A DNA stretch of 64,000 bases from Pelomyxa schiedti (Eukaryota > Protista > Evosea): assembly GCA_020536535.1 (NCBI GenBank), contig JAHLWZ010000852.1, positions 10,367 to 74,366 of the forward strand. Direction: 5' to 3'. Position 1 is the first letter of the stretch, and every line of letters starts with the position of its first letter. The position numbers were made by a program, and so were the translations under genes. Of this stretch, positions 62,362 to 64,000 are shown one piece after another. The notes below the pieces were generated by a model, which was not told the origin of the DNA, ran no database searches, and was given only the letters and a program-made list of their open reading frames with translations.

Positions 62362-63500
62362 TTAGATCAAATAGAACTCACGAGGGTACTTGGCAAACGC
62401 CAGAGTAGTCCCACTGAACGAATCACTAATAGCCACTCTGACAATAGGGGGACGAGATGATGAGTCCATTGATTTCCCTGTTGCAAGGATACCCACATCC
62501 CAGAATTGATGTTGGGGGGAAATTTCGCAGTGCTTCTCAAAAAAGCTTATGGCTGTTGGTGGTTGGGAAGCACTGTAGACTGTGCATGATGAAGGGTGAA
62601 GTAGTTGGTACTGACAAAAGTGGTCACTCCCAAGGGTCTTAATGCTTCCCCTGGCAGGGAAGGTGTCATACTCCTCTGGGAACAAGTAACACACTCCTGT
62701 GGCAACACAAAGGACCCCGTATGCCATAGGATACCGATTAACAACCACCCAAAGCAAGGCATTTGACACCAGAAATCCCTCTGCGTCCCATCCATCCTCA
62801 CACTGGAACTGCAATTCCCTTACAGTTACCAATGACTTCCTCGCAAACGTGGCAGCCAGGTCAATGAACAGAACGCGATACAAGGAATCACGCGGGCTCC
62901 TACAGAGCATCATAAAGATATCATCACTACTCTTGTCCAACTTCGAACTGACTATGGAAGTGCCAGGAATCATCTCAACACTAACGGGCTTGTTCATCAG
63001 TCCCGGGCGATTCCCATCAGAATTAAGGCCCACCTTCCATATTAGCAACGTGTATTCGACTCCCACAAGCCACTTTGAGCTGGAGCTAATCTGCGTCCAA
63101 GGGCTTTGAGTGTTGTGTGACATTTGTCACCTGCCATCGAGCCCAACTATGTGAAGTGTCTGGTAGCCAAAGTCCACCAACCAATCAGTGCCTACAACAG
63201 AAATACTCTCCTCTGGGAATGATAGGACATGCAGGTCAAACCAGCCGCTGTCCACGACGCCGAGAGTTGGTGAAATCCTCACCCATAATTGCCTGGTGTG
63301 ACCAGACACGTTTTCTCCGTCCCTGTCGTCACACAGCATGAACGAACAGAGCCTCTCGGCGCACGTGACCCACCGGTGGGCCAGCATGATGGGACGACGG
63401 CCACAACCCCACAAGCACTCCCAGCCCCACACCGTCTGTGTCCTCCGCACATCAATCCCATAAGTTGCTTCCGCGCGTCGATATGCGCAACAACCTCCAT
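62362..63500 (-). CDS. Distant paralog of the 60753 family, possibly frameshifted
   Basis: DARKQLMGLMCGGHRRCGAGSA resembles SARDQLGALACASVGRCGAGSA. Shares LFIDL..TF..K.L and a C-terminal SDSFSG..L. A frame change is needed near 63390. Confidence 0.5.
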
Positions 63501-64000
63501 TTACCCTACATGGGTGAACAATAAAAAGCGAAAAGAGGGATCTTGTACAGCGTACAGGGACGCGGGTTTGGTTGATGTCCTGCTTGATGTCCTGGTTGAT
63601 GTGTATGCACCTACATCTCTGATATCAGGCTCATTCAGACCCTTTCCCCAAGATCCGACACAACAAAATAAAACAAAACACCAAAGCGATGCGGGGCTGC
63701 TGTTTGTCAGTGGGGCTCCCTTTTTATATTTTCTGTGGGATCTTGCGTTACTGCTTTCTCTGAGAGTTTCTGGTTTCTCCTTTTCGCGAGGGTATTTGTT
63801 GGCATTGGGTCAGGTTTTCGCTCACTTCTCTTTTGGTCCATATCTTACACAAAATAGCTGCTTTTTCCGCTGTCGCACTTTCACTTTTGTGCGATTTCTT
63901 CCCCCCTGATAGAGTATCTAAAGCTATGTCATTATTTTTCGCAATGATTCCTGTGGGCACTGCTTTTGCATTTATTATTGGTGGCTTTCTGGGGGATACG

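Noticed and set aside
63540-64000. Possible 3' end of another minus-strand gene
   Set aside because: Only short ORFs with no recognisable motif, truncated by the window edge.
1-64000. CRISPR arrays, tRNA/rRNA genes, alternative genetic code
   Set aside because: No repeat-spacer array, cloverleaf or rRNA was noticed. Apparent in-frame stops in the conserved genes I checked resolve as GT-AG introns.

Overview
This is eukaryotic, very gene-dense, intron-rich DNA, with roughly 40-150 nt GT-AG introns, many micro-exons and intergenic gaps often under 200 bp. The gene families and style suggest a free-living amoebozoan, possibly a Pelomyxa-like archamoeba, but that is inference. About 25 spliced genes were reconstructed by hand. 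In order they are: an ankyrin/TKL kinase, a decayed chromodomain Ty3/gypsy element just downstream of a U6 snRNA gene, an F-box/ankyrin protein, a kinase-Sel1 protein, a ZZ-finger-fused carboxylic acid reductase (A-T-R), a single-pass receptor-type cNMP phosphodiesterase, a HAD hydrolase, NELF-B, a DUF1232-RING protein, a KIF-binding protein, an SCP-type CTD phosphatase, Prp18, a SET protein and a large Fe-S PD-(D/E)XK nuclease/SF1B helicase with a WWE-like insert. The most striking feature is a roughly 14 kb endomembrane cluster (46.0-60.4 kb). It holds three small GTPases with N-terminal MG acylation-type starts and no C-terminal prenyl cysteine, two VPS9-domain proteins (one head-to-head with a Rab, one a giant RA/beta-trefoil/TPR/GTPase/VPS9 fusion) and a miniature Chorein_N-PH protein. 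A 2 kb CpG-depleted decayed region contains an 81-bp-arm hairpin. All domain calls come from recognising motifs by eye, with no database search, and exon boundaries and some start codons are approximate.
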